A stretch of DNA of 64,000 nt from Ruditapes philippinarum. Its lineage: Eukaryota. Below, one piece after another: positions 37,598 to 50,993 of this stretch (position 1 is the first letter of the stretch; each line of letters opens with the position of its first letter). Location: positions 1 through 64,000 of the forward strand of contig NW_026857505.1 of NCBI RefSeq assembly GCF_026571515.1, read 5' to 3'. A model generated the notes under the pieces. The model searched no databases. It saw only the letters and a list, made by a program, of their open reading frames with translations, and was not told the origin of the DNA. The position numbers were made by a program, and so were the translations under genes.

Positions 37598-38575
37598 CCA
37601 CTTAATTAAAATCTTATTAAGGGGAGGTGCTTCGAGTGATAACGAGCGCAATAAAGATTTTGCTTAATATTTTCTAACTGACTTAGAACATAGCCTACAT
37701 TGTCATCCAACGGAATATATAACTGTTAGCATAAAGTAGTTTTCCTTAATACTGTTCTAAAATTCACTATGATAAAGGAGAATATTGAACGCGATTTATT
37801 TCGTGTTTTAATTGTTATATTAGAGCCGTATTTTATTATTGTGGACACAAGCAAAAACTGATAATAAGAATCGAAGCTGTCCAAACTGTATAAACGGTCA
37901 TTTGTATTGAGAAAAAATAAATACACACTTCACAACACAAAACACCATAATAAGAACTTTACTCAGAAGGTTTGAGTTGTGAGAGAGTCCACATATAACA
38001 TACGTGTCAGATTAATGATGCCAAATGCATTTCATTACATTTTTAATTAGAAATGACTCACTTCCTTTCAATCGTCGTTTTATGTCACAATGTGAAGGAA
38101 ATACAGGTACGAAGTTGTCAAGTCTGCACCCTTTTATGCTACGTTTGGCGATCATTAAAATTTTAAAACTCTGTTTAGTTTTAAATGGCCATAAAGGACA
38201 AGGTTAAAGAAACAAAGTATTTCCAATATTTTTGCTGTTTACTAGTACTTGATAAAATACAATATATTGTAGATTATTTTGTGTTTTATAGAATACAGTG
38301 TTTAAGATCTGAACTAAATTTAACACAGTCTAAACTATGGTTATTTTCATTTGTTATTTGAAAGAAAAAATATACAGAAGCTCCAAATATAATAAAATAT
38401 CAACAACAACAACAAAAAACATCAGAAAAAAATCAGATCAGAACAAAAATACAAGAAAAATAAATCTATTATAAAAACTTCACGGAAGCAAAATTAAAAC
38501 ACTAGTTACGGTCAGTAACACAAACTTTTGTTTTAGTACAGTATGTGATATACTAGTATCCTGTTTAATTGTAAA

Positions 38576-41002
38576 TTACTTCCATGGTTTAACATACATC
38601 CATGCAGCATCTATGGCTCCTGAGTTATTTGAGAGATCCGTTTCATGTTTCGGAATGTCGGAGTCGTGGTCCTCGGCACTTGCTATGGCCATTGCCGTCG
38701 CTATTGCATCCCCAGTAAATCCCGCGTGAAAGTTCATCACAGCGTCTCCATGCATACCTTGTGAACTACTAGCTGGCGAGACTTGCTCGTAAGTTTCGGG
38801 AATATTTTCAACGACTTTTGTGGGTCTTTCCCTGTTCATAATTTTTATTTGGCATTTTTTGGGTTTTGGGCGTTTGCGTAAACTTTTTGAAATTATATTT
38901 CCGGGTACGTTTTTTTCGGAGTCATGGGCCTTTTCGAAACCCATTTCGGGGACCATTTTTAAATTTTGGGAGATGTCGTATTTGGGGGTATGGAAACGGG
39001 ACATAGATGAGTTTTTCTTAAAAATTTCGCCCAATTTTTCCATTTGCTTACCCCCTTATTTTTGGGATATTGTAAAAGGGGGTTTGAGTCTCCAAAGGGC
39101 TTTCTGAGCAGGGTTTCTCCCAAAAACCCCCACGCCCGCACAGTTTTGAAACGTAAAAGGGTTTTTTGGTTTTTCCCAAATTGAAAAGCCTTGAAAATTT
39201 AAAAATTTTGTTCTGTCACGAATGTTTTTTCCCCCAAAAGTCACAGGTGTGTGGTTTAACTCCAGTGTGTATTATAACGTGACGTTTGTACATATACAAG
39301 GAATTGGGCGGGAACAGTTTGTCACAGTACTCACACTTCTTTGCCTTTTCTGCATTTACAGTGTCCTTTTCATCTCCTTCAACAAAATGATTACTTTGTA
39401 ATTTATGGTTAGCAAGCGAAGCTTTGTTGGCAAACTTCTTACTGCAAACCTCACATTGATGACGCTTGATATTGAGATGGCTGTCCATGTGCTTCTTCAA
39501 ACTTCCAGACTGATTGAAACCCCAACCGCATATTTCGCAACAAAACTGACGAGTATCTCCATGGATTCGTTTATGCTTTGATAACACATCTTTGGTTTTA
39601 AATGCCTTTTTGCATACATCACATTCAAACTTACGTTCATTCGTATGAGAGTTCATGTGGATTTGAAAGTTACCTTTACTGCTGCAGATCTTTCCACAAA
39701 TACTACACATGAAACTTCTCTCGTTATGCATCAGCTGGTGTTGCTTCAACTTTTGCTCCGAGGGGAATTCCTTCACGCACTCTTCATACGTACTCGAGTA
39801 TTTATTAGAATGAGCATTTTCTTTATGTTTTGACAGAAACTCTTCACTCGAAAAAATTTTCTTACAGTGGTCACACGGGAAAGATATTACTGGACCAGTT
39901 GCTCGTTTGGCAGATATTTTCGTGCTCTCCAAATCAGATTTCGTTTTTAAAGCCTTTGCGGCAGGTTTTACATTGAGAAATTGGAAGCCATCCCGATGCT
40001 TTCATAGGTTGGTTTTTCACATGCGAACGCTGGTGCGAACCAACATTTATGTCTAGATTCGCAAATGTGTTCACATAACTGACATTCAATATTTTGCGCC
40101 ATGGCATTAATATAATATGATGTAAAAGTAATCTTTTCTTCATTAAAATGTTGCCCACATTTAGTACATTTGATGTCCGTCTCCTCCTTCATTTGTTTCT
40201 ACATTCACATAGAAATTCACAACAAAATCCATGAAAATGACACTAAAGTTTTCGAAGGTATGGAGTTCTTCCGTGTACAGACTCTGTGTACCTCAAGAAT
40301 AAATCTTTGTCTGGGGAATTCAAGAACTACATAGCTTACATTTAACATTCCCTTCGGGTTCATCGTAATGCTTTTTAATATAACATGATTTTGAACGAAG
40401 GTGCTTATTATGTGCTACTGTTGATGGAAACGGCTCGTTACATCTGGTACAATTATATGTTCTTGTTACAGTCTGTTGTCGAATCGTTGTCTTACTTTTA
40501 CTATCAGCATCTTTCTTGTCTTTATTGTTATCTTCATCACTTTTTAATTCTATCTTTATTGTATCTTTCGGCCGAACTTTTGTCATTTGCCTTTTAACAG
40601 GCGACTTCTGTTCTTTCTTAATAACTCGTTTTACTTCAGCACTGCCTGACTTAACATCCACTTTTATTTGATATTTTTCGTCTTGTTTTGGTTCAAACCT
40701 GGCCTTGTTTACTTTTATTGTACCTTTTAGTGTTTTCACAACAGTTTTCTTTTCTTCTTTCATAACATTTTGGTCGTTTTTCATTGATCTAGTTTTTATA
40801 CCTTTACCCTTACTTCTTTTGCTGTTTGAACTTACCGAGGCTGTGGGAAAAATTGATCCTTCATCTGTTACTGTCTCATTTATCAATGTATTATCAGTTT
40901 CAGAGTCCTCATCAAGCTCTGTAAGATGACCGTCAAAATCGTCGTCATCGTTTGCAATATCATCGCCCTCTTGTCTCTGTGTACCAGCTATGTCAATGAT
41001 AT
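38576..41002 (-). CDS. Multi-C2H2 zinc-finger protein, large terminal exon (frameshifts probably assembly errors)
   Basis: Acceptor ctttttcag|AT at 41002 (phase 1), an acidic/Lys-rich region, then about 12 fingers across ORFs 40320-41105, 39968-40192 and 39216-39932 (CSICGK..HMNSHTNERKFECDVC..HKRIH, HTGVKP). C-terminus ends at 38576. Confidence 0.85.
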
Positions 41003-41049
41003 CTGAAAAAGAAATCATCAGACAACAGTTCGTAAAATGGTGAAATAGT

Positions 41050-44000
41050 ATATCACAACACTTACAAACAAACGGTTTCCAAAAAATGCATTTACCAAGA
41101 ACCATAATCTTTTAACACCAAAAACCCACATTTTTTGATTTGGGGGTCCCATAGAATCAAAAAACTTTTTTATTGTTAAATCAAAACCATGTAGAATTTT
41201 TAACATGTATAAGTGGGTTAATGCACCCTTTCTTTCTTTAATATCTACAGAAGCACGGCTTCAAAATTTAAGATAAAAAGGGCATGACTCTTATATATTG
41301 CTTTCAGGATAATGCCTCTTGTTTTACAATTGCCCTTTGCCATTATCACCAAGGGTTCCAAGTTTTACGTTGATACTTTTCTTAAATTTTGAAAAACAAA
41401 ACCAACTTTTATATTTTTACGTATGCAAAAGGGGCAAAGTTCTGCATTTCTTTTGACCTCTAATTGGGAAATTTAAAAGAATTTTTTAAAATGGCATTTG
41501 GGAATGTTTTAAATTCTTTTTTTTTGTTCCTTTACAATATTTTAACCCTTTTTTAAAACTTTTTAAAATTTTCATGATAATTTTGCTTTTAATCTGGGAC
41601 GCAAAGCTGCTTTAAAGAGTCAAAATTTTCCTTTTCCCTTTTTCAAAAGGGTTTTTAAGGGGAATTAATTTTTTTTTCCCCCCACGAAATGGCCCCTTTT
41701 TATGATGAGCAAATTAATTTTCCCAAAATTTTAAAATTGAGTTATTTGGGCTACATGATGAAAACGAGGGGGAAAGCAAACGATCAATATTTGCGGTCGT
41801 ATGTTAAAAATACGTAACCCATATAAGCTAATGATTTCCTTAAAATTTAGAAAGGTAAATTTAAAGGGAGATGCTTAAACGAAAAAATGTTGGGCCCCGT
41901 AAAAATCTGCCCTGTAGAAATGCCCCCTTAAGTTTTGAAATAGAAAAAGAATTTTCCCAAATTTTTAAAAAAAGAATATCTTTTGATAGGTTTTTTTCGA
42001 GAATTTTAAAACTTTTAAAAAAATGGTTTTAAACCCGCACAGGAAAAAAAATCAAAAAATCAAAAAAGGGGCATTTTTTACAAAAACCCTAAATTTTAAA
42101 AAATTGGTTATGGGATAACAATTTTTATTTAAAAACATTTTGTTATAAACCAAATCCCAAAGCAAATTTTCCTTTGACAGTTTCTGAGAAAACATTTAAA
42201 TTATTTTTTCAGTAACCGATCTTTGACCTGAAAATGAGTTTTGTGACAGGTAGAACTCATCAAGGGGCCTATCGATGTTTCAATGTAATAGTTTGTGAGG
42301 TTTAAAAGTAAATTACTTAACCAAAAAGTTAAACAAAAGCTGATGTCAGAGTAACGACATTGCCGTGTGGGTTGTGTAGCTTTGGTTTTTAACGGGAAAG
42401 TGGAGCTAAAACTGTTTTTTTATATATTTTGAACACATTGTATGCATCAGTAAAACTATAGCAAAATACCACATAAGATATCTTGACAGTAGCTTTACTG
42501 TTTTACTGGAAAAGCGGATTTTTTGTTATTTTCTTTAACCAAATGTATGAAATAGTTAAAACTATAGCTTAAACAATGCTTACTTAAAACATAAAGGGTT
42601 ATATGAAATTATGAGGTTTCTGTAAATTGTTTGCGTACAATTTCTGAAATTTTTTCGGGGACAAGGGGATAAAGTTTAAAAACCTGGGAGATATGTGCAA
42701 GTCTAATAGAATCAGTACTGTTCTCAACAATGTATAATGACCTCTTTATTTTACACACCACCATTTTGCTTGACATTTTGACTGAACTTTGTGACTCTAA
42801 GTACAATAAGGATTTGATACAGATTTTCACAAATATGAAAATGAGGCTAGATAGAGTAAAAAATACATTTTGGACTCTAAAATTTTTGGGAGATACGATA
42901 AAAAACATCTGATATAGATTTTTTTGGACTCTGGAAATGAAAATTGAGACGTATAAATTGATAAGATCAGTTCCAATATTTGATTTCTACTGGAAACATC
43001 ATGTGGTTGCAAAATGCTGAAAGTTTTATTGGTTATATTTCAATAAAGGTGTAAATACTGCAAAAAATATAAATATCACCTATGGGTCTATACAAGAACA
43101 GGAAAAAACAACAAATTTTAAAAAACATACTGGCATGGAGCAGTTCCCCGTTTCAGAAGCAGTTAACCCCCTATTTTTTCTTTAAAGCCTTTTATTTTTT
43201 TCTTGATTCTTTAAAAAATTTATTTTTAAATCAAAACAGATACATTTAAAAGAGACAAAAAACTAAGTTTTCATTCGGCAATACGCATTAAAAAATTTTC
43301 ATTTTAAATCACTTTTCCCCGGGGGCGTCCCCTCAAAACGTGACCTTGTTTTCTCTGGGGGGTTCCGTCCTTGCGCGATGCGCCAAAAAAATTTACACGT
43401 GGGGGCTTGTTAAAAGGGTTTTTTTCCCCTAAAAACCAACTGTTTTTCAGATAAATAGGGAATGTGATTTAAAAAATTGTTTAATTTTTCCCGAAAATTT
43501 TTACCCAAAATTTCTATTTAAAAAAAATTTTATGGTTTTTGGAAAGCGTAAAAAAATCATGTATACAAGCATGCTATTTCATGTGAATGCGTTGGGGGGA
43601 ACGGTACCGGGAATTTGATACCCCGTTTAGTCTACGGTCCCAAACCCTGAAAATTTCATCTATTTATTTTTGAGATAATTGGCTGTTTTAAAAAATTGTA
43701 AATGAAAAAATAGGGGCCGAAATAAAATTTTATAATTCCCAAAGGGTTTTTGATTTTTTTGTACGGGAAAATACTCCTTCCCTTTATACAAAATAATCAA
43801 AAAATTTTGGTACCCCATTTTGAGGCCTCATAAGTAAGGGGTTTTTCTATGGTTTTTGAACATGATGGAATTTCCCTGATTTGGTTTTTGACGGGACCGA
43901 ATATTGTGGGGTAAAAATTCAAAAATTTTTGGGGAGTAGCGTAATAAAAAAAAAGTTTTTAAATTTAAATAAGATTTTTGGTAAAGGGGGAATGGGTTGC

Positions 44001-44460
44001 CCTTCCATTTTACAATTTTTTAATACCTTTTTTTTTCAAAAACCTTTTCTTTTCAAAAAAAATTTCATCAAAAAAAATAAAAAAAACCTTTATATAAAAA
44101 ACACTAATTTATTTTGGTTTGGAAAAAAACCCAAAATAAAAATTAAATTTTTTATAACAGGCTACATGGTTTTATTCACTAGTAAACTTCCCTTTTTCTT
44201 ATTTTTTAATATACCAGTATATGAAACATCAATTTCATTTGAACCCCTTAAAAAGGGAAAAACCCCTGAAAAGGTTTTTTTTACATGAAAGAATGGAAAT
44301 AAATTCCCCCCCAATTTTTTTACTAAATTTTATGTAGGTTTTGGACCAAATTTTTTTTCTGCATTTTTCAGATATTTTTCACCCTTTTGAAATTTAAATT
44401 TTTTTAAAAGGGCCAAAATGGGCAGAAATTTGAAAAGCCCCTTGGCCCAACGTTTTTTCA
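41050..44460. other. Low-quality, homopolymer-enriched consensus region (also 38810-39240)
   Basis: Abrupt excess of A/T/G/C runs. The same signature garbles zinc-finger codons (HTCDFWGKK). Confidence 0.7.
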
Positions 44461-44613
44461 CATTACTCTCGCTTAAAATTGCACAAATATAGATTTTCAA
44501 ATATATGTCTATATAATCCGTTACAGATTTTTTTCCATTTTAATTTTTTCACTTGATCAATGTAAAAATTTCAAATTTATATTTCTAGGCTTTTAGACCA
44601 CAGTAGAGCTCCT

Positions 44614-44800
44614 TTAACCTGTTTATCTTTAATTTTCTTGTCCAGCTTCCATTTTTTTAACTGCACATCATGAACTTTGGAGATATCAAGATGAAATTTC
44701 GTAGTAGTCGATCAGTCAACAGTGAAGAGGTGCCCAGGCTTGCCGGGATAGAATGATGGCAAAGGCTAATCACTTTCCACTCCAATAGGTTAAAGGTTAA
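44614..44800. mobile_element. Degenerate TTAA-bounded MITE (piggyBac-like termini)
   Basis: ttaacc...aaaggttaa ends. Shares gcaaaggct.atcacttt with 48466-48678. Confidence 0.55.
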
Positions 44801-46120
44801 GTTCAGTATACAAAAATAAGTAAAATTAGCATTTATTATTATAAACGGTATATAGAAATTTCATAATGAAAACAAAAATCTTATAAAGATTTTTCACACT
44901 TTTCAATAATAATTTTAAAAAATTCAGCATAAGAAATACATAATAATGTGAGTATTAACTATTAAAGCTACAGATATATATATTCAAATACCTAGTATAC
45001 TTGCAATATAAACAGAATCTAAAAGCATATTGCATGTTGTACCTTAGAAAAAAGAAAAATATAAAAAACTTTAACATCACTTGGTTCCCTTGAATTAACC
45101 TTTTCGCTCATGCAAGAGAACAATTATTTAAATACCTAGGCAAAAAGAGGTGAGAAAATGTTAAGTGAAACTAGGGATAAATCTATAGCCCATAGTGATA
45201 GCATGCATGAAGTCCTGCAAAGCAAATATAAGGAGCATTTCATGTATTCCTATATCTGGACATGACATTACATTTGTGACATATTGTAGAAAGCATAATT
45301 TTATGTTGAAAACTATAAATTGTACCATTTCGGCTTATAAAATATTGATGATTTTAATTGACATAATCTAAGAAACAAAGAGAGAGATAAACTGTATGAT
45401 CAACAACTCGCCACTCTAAAGAATCACATAAAAGCCTCTTTAAGCCAAAAAGCAAAATATAACAAGAGTTTGTTGGTAGGACAGCATGCTTGACTATTCT
45501 CAGTGCATAATAATAAAACAAGAGGCTGGATAATGTGAATTTTTTTAATCTTAAAAAGGGGCCTTAATTTTGTTAAAATCCATGTTAAGAGTTATGGGCC
45601 TTCAATAGAAACCTCCTATTATGCTCTCAAATACAAGTGTGAAGTTTTGACCAATTACTCTCCATATCAACTTTGTGCACAAAACTTAACCAAAGTGTAA
45701 TGCCAACCGAGTTATGAGTAAAACAGCTCTCTTGATTATTTAAATGATCGAGATATAAACAATGTGTAAAACTTTTAAATCACTAGGCCAATTGTACTTG
45801 TACACATGAAAAGGTACTTAAAGAAGAAATACTGAAATAACAACAGCATATATTCTTAAAAGGTAAACTCAATCATATAAATGTTAAAATATGAAATATA
45901 ATCTTATAAAAAACAAAATATTTATTATCTAATTAATTACTTATAATGAGTTAAAATTAACTAGAAAATTATACCCTTTATGGCAAAAAAAAAAGAGGAA
46001 AACATTTTATTTTTCCTTAAATATGTGAATAGAAAAAACAAAATTTCAAACCAAGATCGATAGTCAATTTTAATTTGTGTCAACTAATAAATGCAAAAAA
46101 AAAATCCAAAGTTTTCATCC

Positions 46121-47702
46121 AAACAAGAGGGCCATGATGGCCCTGAGGTCGCTCACCTGTATATAGGCCCCCCAACCCCCACCCCCCCAACGTTGCAGGG
46201 CCAATTTAACCCAAGGGCTTTTAATTTGCACAAACTCGGTAGGACACCCATAAGAAGATGTTTCATGCTAAACATCTAAGCTCTAGCTCATTGGGCTTTA
46301 TTGAAAGAAGATTTTTTTAAAGTTTTTACTATACACATATAGTTAAAAACAATGACACCCCTGGGGCCGGGCCAGTTTTGACCCCAGGGCTTTTATTTGA
46401 ACAAACTTTGTAGACACTTACTAGAAGATGTTTCATGCTTAATATCTAAACTCTAGCTATTTGGGTTTTTTCAAAGAAGATTTTTTAAGTTTTTGCTATA
46501 CACATATAAGGATAATCAATGACCCCCGGGGCGGTGCCAATTTTGACCCCAGGGCTTTTATTTGAACAAACTTGGTAGACACCTATTAGAACATGTTTGA
46601 TGCTAAATATCTTAGCCATAGCTCTTTGAGTTCTTTCAAAGAAGATTTTTTAAGTTTTTACTATATGCATATAGGGAAAATCAATGACCCCCCGGGGCGG
46701 GCCAATTTTGACCCCAGGGCTTTTATTTGAACAAACTTGGTAGACACCCATTAGAACATGTTTTATGCTAAGATATGTTCTTTAAAAGAAGATTTCTTAA
46801 GTTTTTACTATATGCATATAGGGAAAATCAATGACCCCCCGGGGCGGGGCCAATTTTGACCCCAGGGCTTTTATTTGAACAAACTTGGTAGACACATATT
46901 TAGAACATGTTTCATGCTAAAAATCTTAGCTCTAGCTTTTTTGGTTCTTTAAAAGAAGATTTCTTAAGTTTTTACTATATGCATATAGGGAAAATCAATG
47001 ACCCCCCGGGGCGGGGCCAATTTTGACCCCAGGGCTTTTATTTGAACAAACTTGGTAGACACCTATTAGAAGATGTTTCATGCTAAATATCTTAGCTTAA
47101 ACTCTTTTGGTTCTTTAAAAGAAGATTTTTTAAGTTTTTACTATATGCATATAGGGAAAATCAATGACCCCCCTGGGGCGGGGCCAATTTTTGCCCCAGG
47201 GCTTTTATTTGAACAAACTTGGTAGAGACCTATTAGAACATGTTTGATGCTAAATATCTTAGCCATAGCTCTTTGAGTTCTTTAAAAGAAGATTTTTTAA
47301 GTTTTTACTATATGCATATAGGGAAAATCAATGACCCCCCGGGGCGGGGCCAATTTTCACCCCAGGGCTTTTATTTGAACAAACTTGGTAGACACCCATT
47401 AGAACATGTTTCATGCTAAATATCTTAGCTGTAGCTCTTTTGGTTCTTTAAAAGAAGATATTTAAAGTTTTTTTCTTTCGGTTGCCATGGCAACCAGAGT
47501 TCTGCATGGAATTAAATTCTTTGAACAATTTTTAAAGGTGACCACCAAAGGAACATTCCTGTGAAATTTGGATGAAATTAGCTTAGTGGTTTATGAGGAG
47601 ATGTCATTTAAAGTAAAAGTTTACGGACGGACGACGGACGGACGCCGAATGAAAAGCGATCACAAAAGCTCACCCTGTCACTTTGTGACAGGTGAGCTAA
47701 AA
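46121..47702 (-). mobile_element. Helentron-associated non-autonomous element (HINE/pearl-like) with internal ~166-bp tandem array
   Basis: Minus-strand 5' TTTTAGCTCACCTG subTIR plus palindrome, (CCGT)n microsatellite, about 8 tandem units, 3' CAGGTGAGC subTIR, stem-loop AGGGCCATCATGGCCCT and CTTGTTT end. Confidence 0.9.
46190..47475. repeat. Tandem array of ~166-bp monomers (about 8 copies)
   Basis: ccccagggcttttatttgaacaaactt recurs at ~46209, 46382, 46547, 46712, 46860, 47027, 47194 and 47360. One unit has an ~18-bp deletion. Confidence 0.95.
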
Positions 47703-48179
47703 ATTGGACATTTTTATAAATGATAACACAATGTTAATTTAGAAACATTATCTTACATGCAAAGCTAAAGCGGAAAAATAAATTAGTAGACAAAAAATGT
47801 AGACAATGCAAAAAACATTGAGTAAATATAACTACTTTGCAGAAAATGGTTTAGTTAATACAGAATTTATTTTAGTTTTGAATGTGTAGGAAGCTATGAA
47901 CTTATAGACACACTCTCAAATCCATTCTCAGAATGATCCAGTATGAAGCAATCAGTGTAATATTCCATGCTTAGGCACAAGCTGTGAGCTATAGACACAC
48001 TCTCCATTCTCTGAATGACCTAGTAAGAAACAATGAGTGTGTTTTAACCCATGTGACCTGCAATTCTTAAACTGGCTATACTGACAATGGTTGTTCACTC
48101 TTTGCTCCTATTCAACAAGCTTATACTTCAATTCAATAATCATATGCTTTTTCCTCTATGTACATACATGTAACACATT

Positions 48180-48390
48180 TTTTGTTGTTAATTAAATGCC
48201 AAACTGACACAGTAAAAGGTTATATAGAAACTGTCCAGTTAACTGATGGATAAAGACAGAAGGTGCCCCTTTAGTGCATTATTTGTTGCACTGGTGCACG
48301 CGAGTGTGAAGCTAACTGGACATATTCCGAACACATAAAAAAATTAAAAGTCCCTTACAGGATTCAACCCACAGAGGTAGAGAGACAGTA
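48180..48390 (-). mobile_element. Highly diverged SINE of the 28444 family
   Basis: Residual matches aggtgcccct..gtgcattattt, aagctaactgga, aagtccctt..attcaacccacag. Confidence 0.55.
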
Positions 48391-48465
48391 ACAAGATTTA
48401 AAACCTGTTTAATTGACATATAGTTATTACAAAATAGTGGAAGCTTTGTGATGGAAGTGATTGAA

Positions 48466-48678
48466 CAACCCTAAATCAGCTGAATTTGTAAAATGGTTTA
48501 GCCCTGTTTTAAATTTGGAGCAGTCCATTAGAAAATGAAGGGATTCCATTATCAATATACAAAATTTGAGCTACAAACAATATAGAGCCTGGTAAGACTG
48601 CGTGGATGCGCAGGCTGGCCTGGCTCTATACTGGTAGCAAAGGCTTATCACTTTCAGTTCCAGCAGATTAAAGGTTTA
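48466..48678. mobile_element. MITE related to 44614-44800, sharing the actgcgtggatgcgcaggctgg core with the Sola2-like MITEs
   Basis: aaccct...aaaggttt ends and the shared core motif. Confidence 0.6.
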
Positions 48679-49167
48679 AGAGTATGGAAGTTTTAAGTTG
48701 GTCAATGCAACGGTCATCAGAATTTCTCAATCAACGAAAGGCCTAACAAAATTGCAACTGAAGTAAATATGTTTAACAAAACTCATTATTTCAAAATACA
48801 ATGTAATTGATCTCAAAATTAATAATAATCTTATAAGTTAAGTAAAACCATGAAACTAACTTTGAAATTTTAATAATATTTCAGTAGAAGATACCAGTTT
48901 CTCCCATTCAAACTTGTCAAGCAGCTATACCGTCTGTATATCTTTTTTGTTTGGATTATTACAAAGTAAATAAATAATAACTAGACAATATACCAGTAGG
49001 CGCACGACCCTAAACCAGTGCTTGTGTAATGCAGCCATAACCTGTTTTGCATATAAGTGACACTTGAAAAATATTTCTACACTGTTACATATTAAAAGCA
49101 TCTGTATGCTTACTATCATTTAACATAAATATTGAAATAGCATAATTAAAATTAATGTACATAACAC

Positions 49168-50104
49168 ACAAGAGGTTCATGATGACCCTCAACTGCTCAC
49201 CTGATATGAATTTGCATGGACAAGATTTCATTTTAAGGTCAATATCATCAAATCTGCCATGCAGCTGAGGAGGACATGTCATTCTATTCATACATTTAAG
49301 TCTATTTATTTTAACTGCAAGCAGCCATTTTATTCATACATTTAAGTCTACATTTAACTATAAACAGCAATTTTATTAATCAGATTGAAGTACTTTTAGC
49401 AATTTTTGTTTTTGATTTTTCTAATTGACTTTAAAGGAACTCCACTGAGATTCAAAAGCTTAAAACTTAAAATTTGAATTTATTACATAGATCAACTGGG
49501 GCACTTAAAACAGAAAATTCAAGGATGATTAAGAAATATACTCGGAAATAAATAACAAATTATGTTTTGTGTGCTATTCTTAGCCGGATAAGAGTGAAAA
49601 GCACTGCATTGCTTTTCAATTGTGAGTCATTTTTCACAAATATAATAGTTGTCCTGGAAAAACAGAGTGAGCAAATGGTCTGAAATTTTGCACACAAGTT
49701 ATTAGTTTAGACCTTCAACAAATGGAACATTTATCTTCCAGTCCCCTCATGTTAAAAAATCCTGAGTTAAGTCCCTTTAAGCAAAATATGCCTACAAGTA
49801 AGCTTTTTCAAGTTTATTTCAATATATAATATTCAATTATAGCTCTCGTAGCCATCTTGTTGAGCGGAATGACACAATTTTAGCAAGCATTGCAAAGTGC
49901 AAGCCAAGGGTCATTTTTATACAGTTTCAAAATCTAACAAGCTGTTGAGTAGATATTATTCCTATAGAGTTTCATAACAAAAATCTACCACTCTGAGGCA
50001 AAAGATTTAGGAGATTTTGTTTAAAGTAAATGCTACTGCAGGAAAATGATTGGAGGATGCTGGACACAGGGCAATCGCAATACCTCATCTTAAAGTAAGC
50101 TAAA
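49168..50104 (-). mobile_element. Old HINE-like element remnant
   Basis: caagaggttcatgatgaccctcaactgctcacctg matches 46124-46159; the other end gcaatcgcaatacctca..gtaagctaaa matches 47656-47702. Confidence 0.55.
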
Positions 50105-50993
50105 TTCTTTTGTCTATTTGTAAACAAAATGCAATTGATTAAAAATTCATAAAAAAAACAACAACCTCACAATACTTAAAAAAAACAAAGTCAGTAACAA
50201 AATGTAGCTTAAAATTAAATTAAATATATAACCATACTTGTATATGAAAGCTAACTATTTCATACAATCAATCTACAAATATACAAAAGAAAAATAAAAC
50301 TTATCTCAAACAGACAATCTATGAGTGTTAAGCCTACAAGCATCATTCATAACAATCAAATCTACAATCCTTTTATTTTGTGAGAAAAAAAAAAATTCTG
50401 CCTAGTTTCACAACATTTGGCCCTAACCTAGGAACTTATAACAGATGCTCGGTTTTACCCTGGCTTGTGACAATGACATTGAAAAAGAATGGATAACATT
50501 CTATTTTTTGAGAATTGCCTGCAGTATAAATCTATATTATTTCAAGAAAATGATAATTTTATAATAAATGAAAATTTTGTGTTGTTAATTAAGCCAGCAA
50601 GCCTATAAGTACAAGAAAACCTACTGTTTACTATGAATTATATTTTATCAATATTAAAAAAACAGATCTATAAAATTTGCATGTCTTACTTGATGACAAA
50701 TACCATGATTCATATTGCATCAGCTAAGAACAAAAACAACCATCTGCCCAAAATAAGTACATGTACAAACCTTTGATATATAAAAAAACTTTTAAATTGA
50801 ACTTATACAAAACAACTTCCTTTCTCACAACTTTTTATGCTTTAAAATAACAGACAATGCCCATCCTTTGTTGCGATAATTATTAATTAAAACAAAAAAA
50901 AAAAAACACAAAAAAAAAACTTTTGGACTGGTTTTAACAAAGCTACTAGTATATAGAATTAGTCAAAACAAATCAGCAGTAATAAATAAATGG

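Noticed and set aside
43881-44288. 135-aa K/F-rich ORF
   Set aside because: Lies in the homopolymer-noise tract, and its composition reflects A/T runs.
46190-47475. CRISPR-like array
   Set aside because: Units are full-length tandem copies with no unique spacers, there are no cas genes, and the context is eukaryotic, inside HINE termini.
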